Origin: Vulcanimicrobiota bacterium
GTDB lineage: Bacteria > Vulcanimicrobiota > Vulcanimicrobiia > Vulcanimicrobiales > Vulcanimicrobiaceae
Reading direction: 5' to 3'
NCBI GenBank assembly: GCA_963723515.1
Contig: CAVRQT010000003.1
Coordinates: 960,001 to 1,024,000, forward strand
DNA length: 64,000 bases
Shown in pieces: positions 1-11,131 of this stretch. The notes beneath the pieces were generated by a model. The model was given only the letters and a program-made list of their open reading frames with translations, had not been told where the DNA came from and made no database searches. The position numbers were made by a program, and so were the translations under genes. Each line of letters begins with the position of its first letter. Position 1 is the first letter of the stretch.

Positions 1-254
1 CGACCGGTCTCATCTTCAATCTCGGCTTCTATGATCGGCAGGCGCGCGCGCCGCTCACGCACCCATACGATGGAACCGATCGCGTTTTCCTCGTCGTCGC
101 CTCGCCCGAGCTGCGATGCCGGGGTCACGATGCGCAAGTCGTCATAGCGGAACGGAAAATGATTTATGAGATCGAGCGGTGAGCGCACCCCGAGCTCCTC
201 AAATCGCGCGGACAATTCTTTGCCGATGCCCGCAAGATCTGTAAGCGAGTTCAC
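1..254 (-). CDS. recG: ATP-dependent DNA helicase RecG, N-terminal part (runs off window)
   Basis: Manual translation from GTG at 254: MNSLTDLAGIGKELSARFEELGVRSPLDLINHFPFRYDDLR..., the typical RecG N-terminus. Start overlaps the panE stop (GTGA). Confidence 0.85.
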   Translation of the reverse strand, partial: MNSLTDLAGIGKELSARFEELGVRSPLDLINHFPFRYDDLRIVTPASQLGRGDDEENAIGSIVWVRERRARLPIIEAEIEDETG

Positions 255-1205
255 GCTACCGCCGGCGGCTGCAGCGCTTTAGTGAGCGCGTAGATCGTTC
301 GGATCGTCGGAATTTTGACTTGAAAGTGGTCAGCCACTTCAATGACCGCGCCGACGATCGGCTCCAATTCCAGCGGGCGGCCTGCTTCCACATCCTGAAG
401 CATCGACGTCTTCACATCGGCTAAACGCGCCGCCATGGCGATGCGCTCCTCGATGCTAATATCGAGATGAACTCCGCTCGCCGCAGCGGCGCGCATCGTC
501 TCTTCCATCAAGCGCGCGATGAGCCGGCGCGTTGAGGAATCTTCCAGCATCGGGCGGATTGTTTGCCGCGTCAGTGCACTAACGGGATTCAGTGAGACGT
601 TGCCCAGGAGCTTGCGCCAAACGGCCGGCCGCAAATCCGGCATTGGATTCGCGTCCATCTCCGCCGCGTTGAAGAGACTCACGACGTCGTTTAGCCGCAC
701 CGTCGACTGCACGCCGGGCGGCACGCCGAAGAGAAATTCGCGATGTCCCGAACTGATGTAACACGCCGGGTGCGACGATTTCGCCGGATGTATGGATGAC
801 GGTGCCGACAATTTGATCGCGTGGAATCGTCTTTTGAATGCGGCCGCCAGGATCGACGCTTTCAAACGAGCGATCTTCGAAATACCAAAACGGGATGCCG
901 TTTTGGAGGGTGACGATCGTTGCGGCCCGCTTAAGCGCAGACGTCAATTGAGGAAGGACCTCAGGCACCTGATGCGCCTTCACAGCGAGCAGGACGATGT
1001 CAACGTCGCCGAGTTCGCGGAGATCGGCAACCGCAGGCGCATGCAGCGTGAAATCGCCGGCCGTGCTTTTTATCTTTAAGCCATCGCGCTGAATCGCACG
1101 CAGATGTTCGCCGCGGGCGACGACGCCGACCGAATTGCCGGCTCTCGCCAGCATCCCGGCAATGAAGCCGCCGATCGCGCCGGCGCCAACGACCGCTAGT
1201 TTCAA
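251..1205 (-). CDS. panE: 2-dehydropantoate 2-reductase (ketopantoate reductase family); frameshift near 755
   Basis: N-half (ORF 579..1259) has VVGAGAIGG, LAVKAHQ and TLQNG. C-half (ORF 251..865) has WRKLLGN...KTSMLQDVEAGRPLELEPIVG. Confidence 0.85.
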
Positions 1206-1262
1206 ACTGGAGGCCCGCCCGTGCGCTTCGACGAGCTCAGCATTTGGCGGAATAAACAAAAA

Positions 1263-1334
1263 AGGCGACGCCCAGATTCGAACTGGGGAATGGAGCTTTT
1301 GCAGAGCTCTGCCTTACCACTTGGCTACGTCGCC
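1263..1334 (-). tRNA. tRNA-Cys (GCA)
   Basis: GGCGACGTAGCCAAGTGGTAAGGC...CTGCAAA...GTTCGAATC...CGTCGCCT cloverleaf; CCA not encoded. Confidence 0.95.
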
Positions 1335-1337
1335 GCA

Positions 1338-1408
1338 AGCGGGTAGCGGGAATCGAACCCGCACATCAACCTTGGGAAGGTCGCAGGCTACCATTACATC
1401 ATACCCGC
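1338..1408 (-). tRNA. tRNA-Gly (CCC)
   Basis: GCGGGTATGATGTAATGGTAGC...TTCCCAA...GGTTCGATTCCCGCTACCCGCT cloverleaf. Confidence 0.95.
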
Positions 1409-1559
1409 GCCGTTGCGGCTCCGACCGTTCTGTGCACCCCGCCGGCACCCCTCGCCATCGTCCGCCTTCCTTTATATATGCGTAATCCGCCCGCTCTTGC
1501 ATGACCGCATCAATCTATTTTCGGCATTCGGTCAGTTGATTGCGGGGTAGATTACGCTC

Positions 1560-2597
1560 GTGGCCTTGCCGATTTCGCCGCCGTTTGCTCCGATGGAAGC
1601 GCGCCACGAGCGCGACCTCCCGAAACCCGGCGGCGTACTATACGAACCGAAATGGGACGGATTCCGTTGCATCGCGTTCAGAGACGGTAAGGAGATATTT
1701 TTACAATCGAAGGCGGGGCAGCCCTTAGCCCGATATTTCCCCGAAATCGCCGAAGCGCTGCAATCGCTCTCCGCAACGGCGTTCGTTCTGGATGGCGAAT
1801 TAGTCGTGCCGGTTGAAGACCGCCTCGACTTCGATCAGCTGCTGCAGCGCATTCATCCCGCTGCCTCACGAGTGGCGATGCTCGCACAAAAATTTCCCGC
1901 GACGTATTTGATCTTCGATCTCTTGGTAAACGAGCGACGCGGCGAAATGTGGAAGCTCCCGCTGCGTCAGCGGCGACCAACGCTCAATGCCTTTGCCGAG
2001 CGGTTTAGAGATCTAGAAGGCTTGCGTCTTTCGCCGGCGACCGAAGATCCGAGGATCGTTGAGCGCTGGCTGAAAGGCGTCGGGGGCGCACTGGACGGAA
2101 TCATCGCAAAGGATCTCGATGCGCCGTATGCGTCCGGGGAGCGAACTGCGGCTGTTAAAGTGAAGCGTATGCGCACGGCCGATTGCGTGATCGGCGGTTA
2201 CCGCGCTTCCAAAGACGGCAACGCCGTTGCTTCACTGTTGCTTGGTTTGTACGCTGCCGATGGGACGTTCGACTACGTCGGGTTCACTTCTGGTCTAAAC
2301 GCAACGGAGAAAAAGGCGCTGCTTACGCGGTTGCAAGCAATTCGCGGCGTCTCCGCTTTCACCGGGCGGTCGCCGGGCGGCCCGAGCCGTTGGAGCCGCG
2401 GTATGGAAAGCGAGTGGTTTCCCGTCGAACCGAAGCTTGTGCTTGAAGTTGAGTTCGACCACGTGAGCGGCGAGCGTTTTCGGCACGGAACTCGACCGCT
2501 ACGGTTTCGGCCAGATAAGGCGCCGCGTCAATGCACGATCGATCAACTGCAGCAGCCTCGCGGCCGTTCGCCTTTTACGCTCGCGGCCGCCGACTAG
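1560..2597 (+). CDS. ligC: ATP-dependent DNA ligase, LigC type
   Basis: Motif I EPKWDGFR, LDGE, KVKRMRTADCVIGG, PGGPSRWS, RFRHGT..RFRPDK. Confidence 0.9.
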   Translation: MALPISPPFAPMEARHERDLPKPGGVLYEPKWDGFRCIAFRDGKEIFLQSKAGQPLARYFPEIAEALQSLSATAFVLDGELVVPVEDRLDFDQLLQRIHPAASRVAMLAQKFPATYLIFDLLVNERRGEMWKLPLRQRRPTLNAFAERFRDLEGLRLSPATEDPRIVERWLKGVGGALDGIIAKDLDAPYASGERTAAVKVKRMRTADCVIGGYRASKDGNAVASLLLGLYAADGTFDYVGFTSGLNATEKKALLTRLQAIRGVSAFTGRSPGGPSRWSRGMESEWFPVEPKLVLEVEFDHVSGERFRHGTRPLRFRPDKAPRQCTIDQLQQPRGRSPFTLAAAD

Positions 2598-3540
2598 GCT
2601 TCGGCTCGGTCACGAACTTCGAAAGATCGAAGCGACCCTTTTTTGCGACTAACGGCTCCCAAAGGTCGCCCAGCTTAGCGATCCGTTCCCGAATGTTGTC
2701 GATGCGAAAATCTTCGATCTCGCAGCCGGCTTCAATCTCTTTCCAGGTTACCGGAGCCGAAACGGTCGCCCGCGGTGTCGGACGAACGGAATAAACCGAC
2801 GCCAGCGTTCGTCCCCAAGCGTTTTGATTGTAATCGACAAGCACGCGTCCCGCGGGGCGCTTCTCCACACGGTATTCGGCGGTCGCAAGCGACGGATAAT
2901 TGGTTGCCACCGTTTGCGCGAATGCTTTTGCGAAACCCCAAACCGCTTTCTGGGTTGGGCCGCGCACGATCGGAACGTAGACGTGGATTCCCTTAGAGCC
3001 TGACGTCTTGGGATACGCGGGCATGCCGATTCCCTGTAGGCCGTCGCGAACGATCACTGACACCTCGCGAACCGCCGAGAACGGCGCGCTGCCGGGATCT
3101 AAATCGAAATGCAGATAATCCGGGCGATCGACATCATCGCAGCGCGCATACCACTGATTGAGGTCGATGCAACCTAAGTTGATTACCCAGAGCAGTGCGG
3201 CGACGTCGTTGATCATTGGAAAGGCAATGACGTTCCCGGAACCGTGTGTGATGCTGCAGGTTTGCAGCCACTCCGGTTGCGGCTGCGGCGTGCGCTTCAT
3301 AAAGAAAAAATCGCCGCCGATGCCGTGCGGATAGCGCTTCATGACCATCGCGCGGTCCTTGATGTGCGGCAGCAAAACGTCCGAAACATCGGCATAATAT
3401 TGGAGCAAGTCGCCTTTGCTGACGCCCAAAGCAGGCCAAAAGATCTTCTGTAGGTTCGTCAGGCGAACGGCGCGCGTGCCGATGCGCACCGTCGCGTCGC
3501 TCTCGTCCAGCGGTAATGCCAGGCTTCGTTTGCGGCTCAC
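2575..3540 (-). CDS. LigD-type primase-polymerase (stand-alone NHEJ Pol domain)
   Basis: KGDLLQYY, KRYPHG..FFMK, FDLDP, KTSGSKGIHVYVP, LVDYNQN...ASVYSVR...VSAPVTW. Confidence 0.9.
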   Translation of the reverse strand: MSRKRSLALPLDESDATVRIGTRAVRLTNLQKIFWPALGVSKGDLLQYYADVSDVLLPHIKDRAMVMKRYPHGIGGDFFFMKRTPQPQPEWLQTCSITHGSGNVIAFPMINDVAALLWVINLGCIDLNQWYARCDDVDRPDYLHFDLDPGSAPFSAVREVSVIVRDGLQGIGMPAYPKTSGSKGIHVYVPIVRGPTQKAVWGFAKAFAQTVATNYPSLATAEYRVEKRPAGRVLVDYNQNAWGRTLASVYSVRPTPRATVSAPVTWKEIEAGCEIEDFRIDNIRERIAKLGDLWEPLVAKKGRFDLSKFVTEPKPSRRPRA

Positions 3541-3555
3541 GCGAATCGATGCGCC

Positions 3556-4362
3556 GTGATGCAGTGGGTGTATAGCACTTCAACACCGCTCTTCACTTTG
3601 CTTATGGTCGCGATCATGGTCGTCGTTTCATGCGGCGCGCACCTGATCGTCCGACGCTTCGCCCCCCATGAAGTCCTCAAACGCCACAACGATGTCGCCG
3701 GGTTCGTTTCATCACTCGTCGGCGTCATCTATGCGGTCCTTCTCGCATTCGTCGTCATTGTCGTTTGGCAAGAATGGGATACCTCGACAAATATCGCGCA
3801 GCAGGAGGCCAGCGCCGTTGGCGACCTCTACCACCTTGCCTACGGTTTTCCGCCGCCACTTCAGATCAGGCTGCAGCACCACTTAGCCAACTACATTAAT
3901 CTCATGATTAACGACGAGTGGCCGTTAATGCAATTTGGACATCAAAGTGCGAAGGCGGATCGCACCGGCCACTTGATTCTTCACGACATCATGGACCTCA
4001 AGCCGAAGAACGATGCCGAGAGCGGAATCCAATCCGCCGCCCTGCAGATGGTTCAGAACTTCTTCGATGCACGACGGCAACGACTCAACGAAAACGCGAC
4101 CAGCGTCCCGGGCATTCTTTGGTTTACGCTGATCATCGGGGCGATCTTCACGATCGGCTTTACGTTCTTCTTCGGCGTCGAGAACGCGAGAATTCAGCTC
4201 ACGATGACTGCGATCGTGGCGGCCATGATTGCAATGATGTTTGTCCTGATCCTTGAATTGGATCTTCCGTTTCGCGGCGCAACGCGCATTGGGCCTGAGG
4301 TCTGGCTCGAGCTGCAGCACAACATGGGAACCGGGTCAACTGAGAATGTTTATCGCACGTGA
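3556..4362 (+). CDS. DUF4239-like (bestrophin-like) membrane protein
   Basis: Four TM segments; GVIYAVLLAFVVIVVW...EA..DL; C-terminal LDLPFRG. Confidence 0.7.
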   Translation: MMQWVYSTSTPLFTLLMVAIMVVVSCGAHLIVRRFAPHEVLKRHNDVAGFVSSLVGVIYAVLLAFVVIVVWQEWDTSTNIAQQEASAVGDLYHLAYGFPPPLQIRLQHHLANYINLMINDEWPLMQFGHQSAKADRTGHLILHDIMDLKPKNDAESGIQSAALQMVQNFFDARRQRLNENATSVPGILWFTLIIGAIFTIGFTFFFGVENARIQLTMTAIVAAMIAMMFVLILELDLPFRGATRIGPEVWLELQHNMGTGSTENVYRT

Positions 4363-5011
4363 AATGATGATTGCGATTGTCACGAGCGACACGAGTGCTT
4401 CAGCCAGCATGAGCATCTTCGCGAGTCGCGTGAGCGGAAGCGTATCGGCTGCGCTTAGCGCCGTCGCAGTGGAGAACGCCAAGAAGAGATAATCTCCAAA
4501 GAGCGGTTTCCAGGTCGGCTCTGTAGACGCGCAATTCCGTCGACATTTGCGGGAAGAAAAAATCAGGTTGTTCGAATGTCGCTGCGGATTCAGCATGCGC
4601 GCGTTGCTCCGGTCCGCCGGCATCCGCTTCCCAATACCACATCGCAAAGACAAGAATGTTGGTCAGCCAGATTTGTATCCCACCGACGAGCAGATGTTGT
4701 CCTGTCGCGGGCGGCACGTGCGCCGGACGATTGAGGAGCGAGCTGACGAGCAACGCCAATGACGCGATGTTGAACAAATTGACGATCGCGATCAAGATGA
4801 TCGACAACAAGCGCTGAGCCGTTGTTTCGTGGCGACGCATCGGCGCGAAGATTGAAAGCGGAACCAGCAGACTTAAGACGAGCAGCGGAAAGAGCCACAG
4901 CGGGCCAAACGTGACCTTCGACGGCAGAGTAATGTAGAGAATCAGCGCCGCGATTACAGCGAGTGAGGCGTGCCAACGCGGCTCATCGTTCGCGACGGAG
5001 CGATCGGCCAT
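4336..5011 (-). CDS. DUF1345-like membrane protein; frameshift near 4545
   Basis: EPRWHASLAV, IWLTNILVFAMWYWE.D.GGP, DFFFPQ; C-part WKP.FGDYLFLAFSTATALSAADTLPLTR.AKMLM. Confidence 0.75.
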
Positions 5012-5246
5012 TGGTTCCCAGTTCGCATCAAGGTCAGGCGATGCTTGCAACGAGAGGGTCGCCTGCCAGGCTATCGGAAGTATTCTAACGCTCGAGGAGG
5101 GGTCTTCATTGACGACAGTTCGTGAGACGGCGCTATTTGCCGCCGCACGTTTGCCATTCTCATCGCCATTAACTCCGCGATGACAAGAGGTGCGTTGCTT
5201 TGAACGAGCTGCTCGATTGCTGCGTGTTGCCGGCTCGATAACAATT

Positions 5247-6454
5247 ATGCGCGCAATCTCCATTGGTTTGTGCGGCCTGATGATAGGATGCGCTGCACAC
5301 GCCCGCATCGCTGACCAGCCGACTGCCGAACCTGTCAAGACGGTTATCGCGCAGTACGGTGAGCTTTCACCAACGATCACGATTGCCGGCATCATCGCGC
5401 CGTTGCAAAATGTCGGTATCTCCAGTTCGCTCCAAGAGCCGGCAGCCAACGTGTACGTTCATGAGGGACAGTATGTCAGCGCCGGCAGCGTGCTCGCAGA
5501 ACTCGATGTCTCCGATCTGCAGGCAAACCTCGCCTCCGCTGAGCGCAGCACCGCCGAAGCCAATGCGAAAGTCTCACAAAGCAACTATCAAAGCACGCTT
5601 GCGCTTTCTCAAGGCACGAGTGATTTTGTGAATGCGCGGGCGCAGCTGCAACAAGCGCGCCAACATCTGCAATACGACGAGCTCACGCTTATTCGAAATC
5701 AATCGCTGCTTAAGCAAGGATACGTACCGCAGCAGACGGTCGATCAGATGCAGACGCAGGTTCTGACCGATGAGTCACAAGTGCGCGCTGCAGAGGCGGC
5801 TTTACGGAATGCGGCCGTGAACGTGAAGGTCAACGGTACGCCTGAGCAGGGGTTGCAGGCCAGCAATGTTGAGGCATCGCGCGCGGCCGCTGCATCCGCT
5901 CAAGCGCAAGCTCAGCAGCTGCAAGTGCAAATTGCCAAAGGAACGATCGTCTCTCCGATCGACGGCGTCATCATCAATCGCAACCTGAATCCGGGCGAGT
6001 ACCCAGGTTCGCGTCAAATCTTCACGATCCAACAAACCGACACGGTTTATGCGATGTTAAATGCGTCGAGCGATGAAGTCTTTCGGATCCAGCCCCATCG
6101 TCGCGCGCTCGTCCACATCGGCAGCCTCGGAAACGTGACGACGACCGGTGTCGTAGAAGCGGTGCTTGGCCAGGCTCAGCCGGGTTCGACGAATTTTGTC
6201 GTCAAGGTCCGCATCCCCAACCCGCAACACCGGTTGCAATCCGGCATGGTGGTCTCCGCGGACGTACCCTTACCTGCGGTCACCGGCATCATCGTACCGA
6301 TCACCGCCTTCACCGATGATTCGCATACGCGGTGCGAACGACCGATGCAGACGGCACGGTTAAACAAGTCGACGTGCGCGCGATCGCCGACGATGGACAT
6401 CGTGCGGTCGTCAGCGGGGTGCGAGCCGGTACGCGCGTCGTCATCGGCACTTGA
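5247..6454 (+). CDS. RND efflux periplasmic adaptor (MFP); frameshift near 6330
   Basis: Lipobox-like IGC, VHEGQYV..G.VLAELD, coiled coil, IVSPIDGVI. Alternative frame ends ...GTRVVIGT*, overlapping the permease start. Confidence 0.85.
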
Positions 6455-9400
6455 GCAAGCTCACCGCTCTCTTCGTTCATCGGCCGACGCTCGCGGTTGT
6501 TTTGATCGCGCTCGCCGTGCTCGCGGCGGTCACAGCGTATCCCGGTTTGGTGCAGCAGCAGTTCCCGAACGTCAATCTGCCGGTCATTCAAGTCTTCGCC
6601 AGTTTGCCGGGCGCGACGCCCGATGACATCCGCGATACTGTTGCGCGCCCGATTGAAGATCAACTCGCAGGCGCGCCGGATCTCGACCACCTGCAAACGA
6701 CGATCCAGCAGGGCCGCGCAACAGTCGCGGCCTTTTTCTCGCTCGCTTCGAGCACGACGCAAGATCAAGTCGAGGTGCAACGGCGTGTTCAAGCGGCGCA
6801 ATCGGAGTTGCCGACCACACTCAAAACGCCTACGATCGCGACGTACGATCCGAGCCAAGGAACCGTCGTCGAGCTGACGGCATCGTCGAGCTCGCTCGAC
6901 CTCTACCAACTTTCAAATATCGTTGACAACTCGATCGTCTTGCAGCTCGCACAACTCTCGGGCGTCTCGCAGGTCCAAACCAGCGGCGACGTGACACCGG
7001 CGATCGAAGTCGCGGTCGATCCGCTTCGTCTGAGCGCCTCGGGCGCCGCAATGACCGACGTGCTCAATGCCGTTTCCTCGAACAACGTTCGTGCGCCGGG
7101 CGGCATCGCGACCTCGCACGGGCGCGAGACGAGCCTCGATGTCCGCGGGGACATCCAGTCGCCCTCATCAGTCGGGAATCTCTCACTCGGGCAAATAACA
7201 GGCTCGACGCAAGGCCTCAATCCATGGACGTACTCCCCGCGCGCAGTGCAAGTGCGTGATGTTGCTAATCTTTCCTACGGATACGAAACGCAGCGTGTCT
7301 TCGCATATCGTAACGGTGTCCCATCGATCGTCCTGGATGTCCAAAAGCAGAGTTCTTCGAGCGAAGTCAATGTCTCCGATGCAGCTCTTGCCGCGCTGCC
7401 AGATCTCCGGCGCCAATACCCCGACATCACACTGGACGTCGTAAACGTTCAATCAAACTACACGAAGGAGCAAATCCATTCCGTCTGGCGATCGCTCATC
7501 GAGGCAATCGCGTTGACCGCGATCGTCATGCTCTTCTTCTTGCGTTCTTGGCGCAACGCGGTCGTCGTCTGTGTTGCCATCCCCACATCGCTCTGCATCG
7601 CAATCGTCGCAATTCGGCTTTTTGGATTCACGCTCGATACCGTTTCGCTTGCCGCGATGACGCTCGTGATCGGCATTCTCGTCGACGACTCGACCGTTGT
7701 CCTCGAGAACATCGAGCGGCATCACCAGCGCGGCGAGGATGCGCAAAATGCGGCGATTAACGGGCGAGGCGAAATCGCGCTTGCGGCGCTGACGTTGACG
7801 CTCGTCGACGTCGTCGTCTTTTTGCCCCTGGCATTTTTGCCGGGAACCGTCGGCCGTTTCCTCAAGGAATTCGGTATCGTCGTTGCGGTCGCGACGCTCG
7901 CATCGCTCGCCGTTTCATTTACGATCACCCCCACGTTTGCGGGACGGTGGGCGCTCTTCTCACATTGGCGTCCGTGGAAACCGGTCGAGGTCTTCACCGC
8001 CTGGTTCGCGAGCCTTCGCAACTGGTACGTCACACATGCGCTGCCGTGGGGATTGCGCCATCCGAAAGCCGTCATCACGATCAGCGCCGTAAGCCTTATC
8101 GTCGCGCTTTCGCTTGTGCCGCTTGGGCTTGTAGGATTCGAATTCATCCCCGCGGTGGACCGCGGCGAGGTGACGGTGCAAGTCCGCTATCCGGTCGGCA
8201 CGTCGATCCAAACAACGCAACGCGGCATCTTAGCGCTCGAGCATGAGATCGTGCAGATGCCGCAAGTGCAATCTGAAACCGCTCTCGCGGGCAGTTATCA
8301 GGCCGAATTCGGCGGCTTCGTCGCGCAGGGGTTCATCGGTCAAGTTCACGTTTACGTGAAGGTTGACAAGCATCAGTCGAGCGCCGGTTGGATCGCCGAC
8401 ATTTTGCCGCGTGCCCAAAAGCTGTTGCCGACCGCGCAGATCCTCGCCATCCCCGCAACCAGCACGACGGGCGGCACGCAGCAGCCGATCAACTACGTTG
8501 TCAATGCGCCGGCCGGCATGCTCGATACATATGGACCGAAGATCTACGATGCGCTTATTAGCACGCCGGGAGCGCAAAATCCATCGTTTTCCTCCTTGGA
8601 GCCGATGCCGAACGTTGATGTGACGTTCGATCGCGACCGAGCCCGCGCGCTCGGCATCCCGATCGGAACTGCGGCCAGCGCCGTGCAAACGGCGTTCGGC
8701 GGCACGATCGCGACGCAATATACGACGCCCTATGGGGCGCAAGATGTGCAAGTTATCTATCCGCTCACGGAGCGCTCCTCGCTGCGTCTGCTCGAGCAGA
8801 TCCCGCTTCGCTCGAGCGGAGGCAGCATCGTGCATGCCGGTGACGTTGCGCGCTTTCATTCACGTCCCGCCGATCCGTTGATCACTCGGATCAACCGCAA
8901 AGATATCGCTTTTGTCAGCGCCAACGTCGCGCCGGGCTACATCCAATCAAAAGTGGATAGCGACTTCAAGCGGCGGCTCGGCGAAATGAATTTGCCGGGC
9001 GGCGTCTTTCTTTCGCCGGTTCCAAACGGCAGTCAAGCGAATTTGAACGATACCGTCCGCGGAATTGGAGCGTCGCTCATCCTCTCGATCGTACTCGTGT
9101 TCTTACTGATGACGTCACTTTACAACAGCTTTCGGCTGCCGTTCATCATCATGTTCTCGATTCCGGTCGCGACGTTTGGCGCGTTAGGGTCGCTCGCGAT
9201 CACGCACTTAACGCTCAATCTCTTTTCGATGATCGGCACGCTCTTGCTCGTCGGCCTCGTCACGAAGAACGGCATCCTGCTCGTTGACTACGCAAACCAT
9301 TTGCGCGAGCTCGGGCACAGCCGGCTTCAGGCGATAACAGAGAGTGCTGCGACACGTTTTCGCCCGATCATCATGACGACGTTTGCCATGGTCGCGGGCA

Positions 9401-9588
9401 TGGCGCCGATCGCGCTCGCCATCGAACCGGGTTCGGAAGTTCGTCAGGCGCTTGGCGTCGTCGTGATCGGCGGACTCTTGAGTTCGCTTGCGCTGACGCT
9501 CGTGCTCGTTCCGGTCGTCTATCTGTTGCTCGCGCCCAAAGTGCTCGAACCGCAACCATCCGGAGCGCGCGCCGAAGCCACGGCGTAA
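6451..9588 (+). CDS. RND efflux permease (AcrB/MdtB family)
   Basis: 1045 aa; GILVDDSTVVLENI, KNGILLVD, RFRPIIMTT. Confidence 0.95.
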   Translation: MSKLTALFVHRPTLAVVLIALAVLAAVTAYPGLVQQQFPNVNLPVIQVFASLPGATPDDIRDTVARPIEDQLAGAPDLDHLQTTIQQGRATVAAFFSLASSTTQDQVEVQRRVQAAQSELPTTLKTPTIATYDPSQGTVVELTASSSSLDLYQLSNIVDNSIVLQLAQLSGVSQVQTSGDVTPAIEVAVDPLRLSASGAAMTDVLNAVSSNNVRAPGGIATSHGRETSLDVRGDIQSPSSVGNLSLGQITGSTQGLNPWTYSPRAVQVRDVANLSYGYETQRVFAYRNGVPSIVLDVQKQSSSSEVNVSDAALAALPDLRRQYPDITLDVVNVQSNYTKEQIHSVWRSLIEAIALTAIVMLFFLRSWRNAVVVCVAIPTSLCIAIVAIRLFGFTLDTVSLAAMTLVIGILVDDSTVVLENIERHHQRGEDAQNAAINGRGEIALAALTLTLVDVVVFLPLAFLPGTVGRFLKEFGIVVAVATLASLAVSFTITPTFAGRWALFSHWRPWKPVEVFTAWFASLRNWYVTHALPWGLRHPKAVITISAVSLIVALSLVPLGLVGFEFIPAVDRGEVTVQVRYPVGTSIQTTQRGILALEHEIVQMPQVQSETALAGSYQAEFGGFVAQGFIGQVHVYVKVDKHQSSAGWIADILPRAQKLLPTAQILAIPATSTTGGTQQPINYVVNAPAGMLDTYGPKIYDALISTPGAQNPSFSSLEPMPNVDVTFDRDRARALGIPIGTAASAVQTAFGGTIATQYTTPYGAQDVQVIYPLTERSSLRLLEQIPLRSSGGSIVHAGDVARFHSRPADPLITRINRKDIAFVSANVAPGYIQSKVDSDFKRRLGEMNLPGGVFLSPVPNGSQANLNDTVRGIGASLILSIVLVFLLMTSLYNSFRLPFIIMFSIPVATFGALGSLAITHLTLNLFSMIGTLLLVGLVTKNGILLVDYANHLRELGHSRLQAITESAATRFRPIIMTTFAMVAGMAPIALAIEPGSEVRQALGVVVIGGLLSSLALTLVLVPVVYLLLAPKVLEPQPSGARAEATA

Positions 9589-9592
9589 TCGA

Positions 9593-10454
9593 ATCAACGA
9601 ATTCACCGACGCGCAGGAGTACGCGCGCAAACATGGCCTTCATGCGTTACTGGTTTCGCGCGACGGCAAACCGGCTTTCGAAGAGTATGCCGGCGGCTGG
9701 GATAAGGAACGTGCGCACGCGCTGTATAGCGGCACGAAGAGCTTCTGGTCGATCGCGGCGGGAGCCGCAGCCGAAGACGGTTTGTTGACGCTCGACGAGC
9801 ACGTTTGCGCAGACGATCCCGCAGTGGAATGAAGCGGGCAAGAATCGGGTGCGCATTCGAGATTTGCTCGGACTCACATCGGGTCTGCCGTTCGGCGGAC
9901 TCGGCGCAGGCGTCCCAACGTTTGAATCGGCGATTGCAAAACCGCTCGCACAATCACCGGGCACGACGTTCACGTATAGCGGCATTCCGCTACAGGTCTT
10001 CGGCGCCGTTCTAACGCGCAAACTTGCACCGCGCGATTTGACGCCTCTGGTGTATCTGAAGCAACGCATCTTCGAACCGATTGGTTTGCGCGTTAGCTCG
10101 TGGCGAAAGCTGAAAGACGGCACGGAAACGTTGCCGACCGGTGCCTTTCTGAGCGCTCGCGAGTGGATGAAGTTCGGCGAGTTGTTGCTTCAGGGCGGAG
10201 CGTGGCACGGGAGACGCATCATCGGAAGGGAGGTCATCGACGCATGCTGGCGGCCGGGCGCTGTCAATCCGCGCTATGGGCTCGGCTTTTGGTTGTATGA
10301 GCCTCAGGACATACGCAAATTTTCGGCATATGCGTCAGGCGCGGGCGGCCAAGCGCTCTATATCATTCCGTCGAAGAAGACGGCAATCGTGCACTTCGGG
10401 CAGAGCAATAGTTACAATCACGAACGCTTCTTGCGTCGCGCGCTGTCCCCGTGA
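9593..10454 (+). CDS. Serine hydrolase / beta-lactamase (AmpC-like) family; start uncertain; frameshift near 9805
   Basis: Upstream frame reads HALYSGTKSFW (SxxK); downstream frame IRDLL..TSG, FTYS, YGLGFW, ASGAGGQ. Confidence 0.8.
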
Positions 10455-11131
10455 CGGAAAAGCCTCCGCGACACCTGCACGTTCACTCGGTACCGACGCC
10501 TGCCGAGCGCTGGCGCACGCTCATTGAAATCGTTGCCATCGTTGCCGCGGGTGTTTGGGCGCTCTATACGTTCGTTTACGAACAGCGCATCAAGCCACTC
10601 TCCGAACAGGCATCATTCGCCGTCCCTACAGACATCTCGCAAGGCCCGACCATCAACGGCGTGGCGTTTCTTACGATCCACAAAAGGCTCGATAATACCG
10701 GCAACGTGCCGATCGATATCGCAGCGGAATCCCTGAGCGTCTACGGCGAGACGGCCGGTCAGCGATTGCAGGGACCCATGACTCAACGCCATTCCACATA
10801 TTATCGAGAAACTCGCTACGACGTGCCACGGCGCCTCGTGAAACTGCTCTATTCATTCGCGGAATTGCGCGAGGGAGCAGTCGGTGGAAATCAGCACGTC
10901 AATTTCGTCGTACCGCCGCACAGCTCCAATGGCGAAGATTTTCTTATCGCCGTTCCTCTTAAGGAATACCCGCTCGTCCGCGTGCGCCGCAAGGATTACA
11001 TCCGCAAGTCGCCGGTCACGCCGCAAGTCGATGTACGGATCGTTCAAACAGGGCTGGGGGCGTACGACCTTTCTTCAAGCGATCTCATCGGCGAATACGA
11101 TTCGGATACGGAGTATCCGATAAAGCGTTAG
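10451..11131 (+). CDS. Hypothetical membrane-anchored protein
   Basis: 226-aa ORF coupled to the upstream stop; single N-terminal TM (IVAIVAAGVWALYTF). Confidence 0.65.
   Translation: MTEKPPRHLHVHSVPTPAERWRTLIEIVAIVAAGVWALYTFVYEQRIKPLSEQASFAVPTDISQGPTINGVAFLTIHKRLDNTGNVPIDIAAESLSVYGETAGQRLQGPMTQRHSTYYRETRYDVPRRLVKLLYSFAELREGAVGGNQHVNFVVPPHSSNGEDFLIAVPLKEYPLVRVRRKDYIRKSPVTPQVDVRIVQTGLGAYDLSSSDLIGEYDSDTEYPIKR

Noticed and set aside
1314..1502. Short ORFs overlapping tRNAs (also 15206..15517, 25240..25434 and the 5' part of 29356..30213)
   Set aside because: They are translations of tRNA genes or REP repeats.
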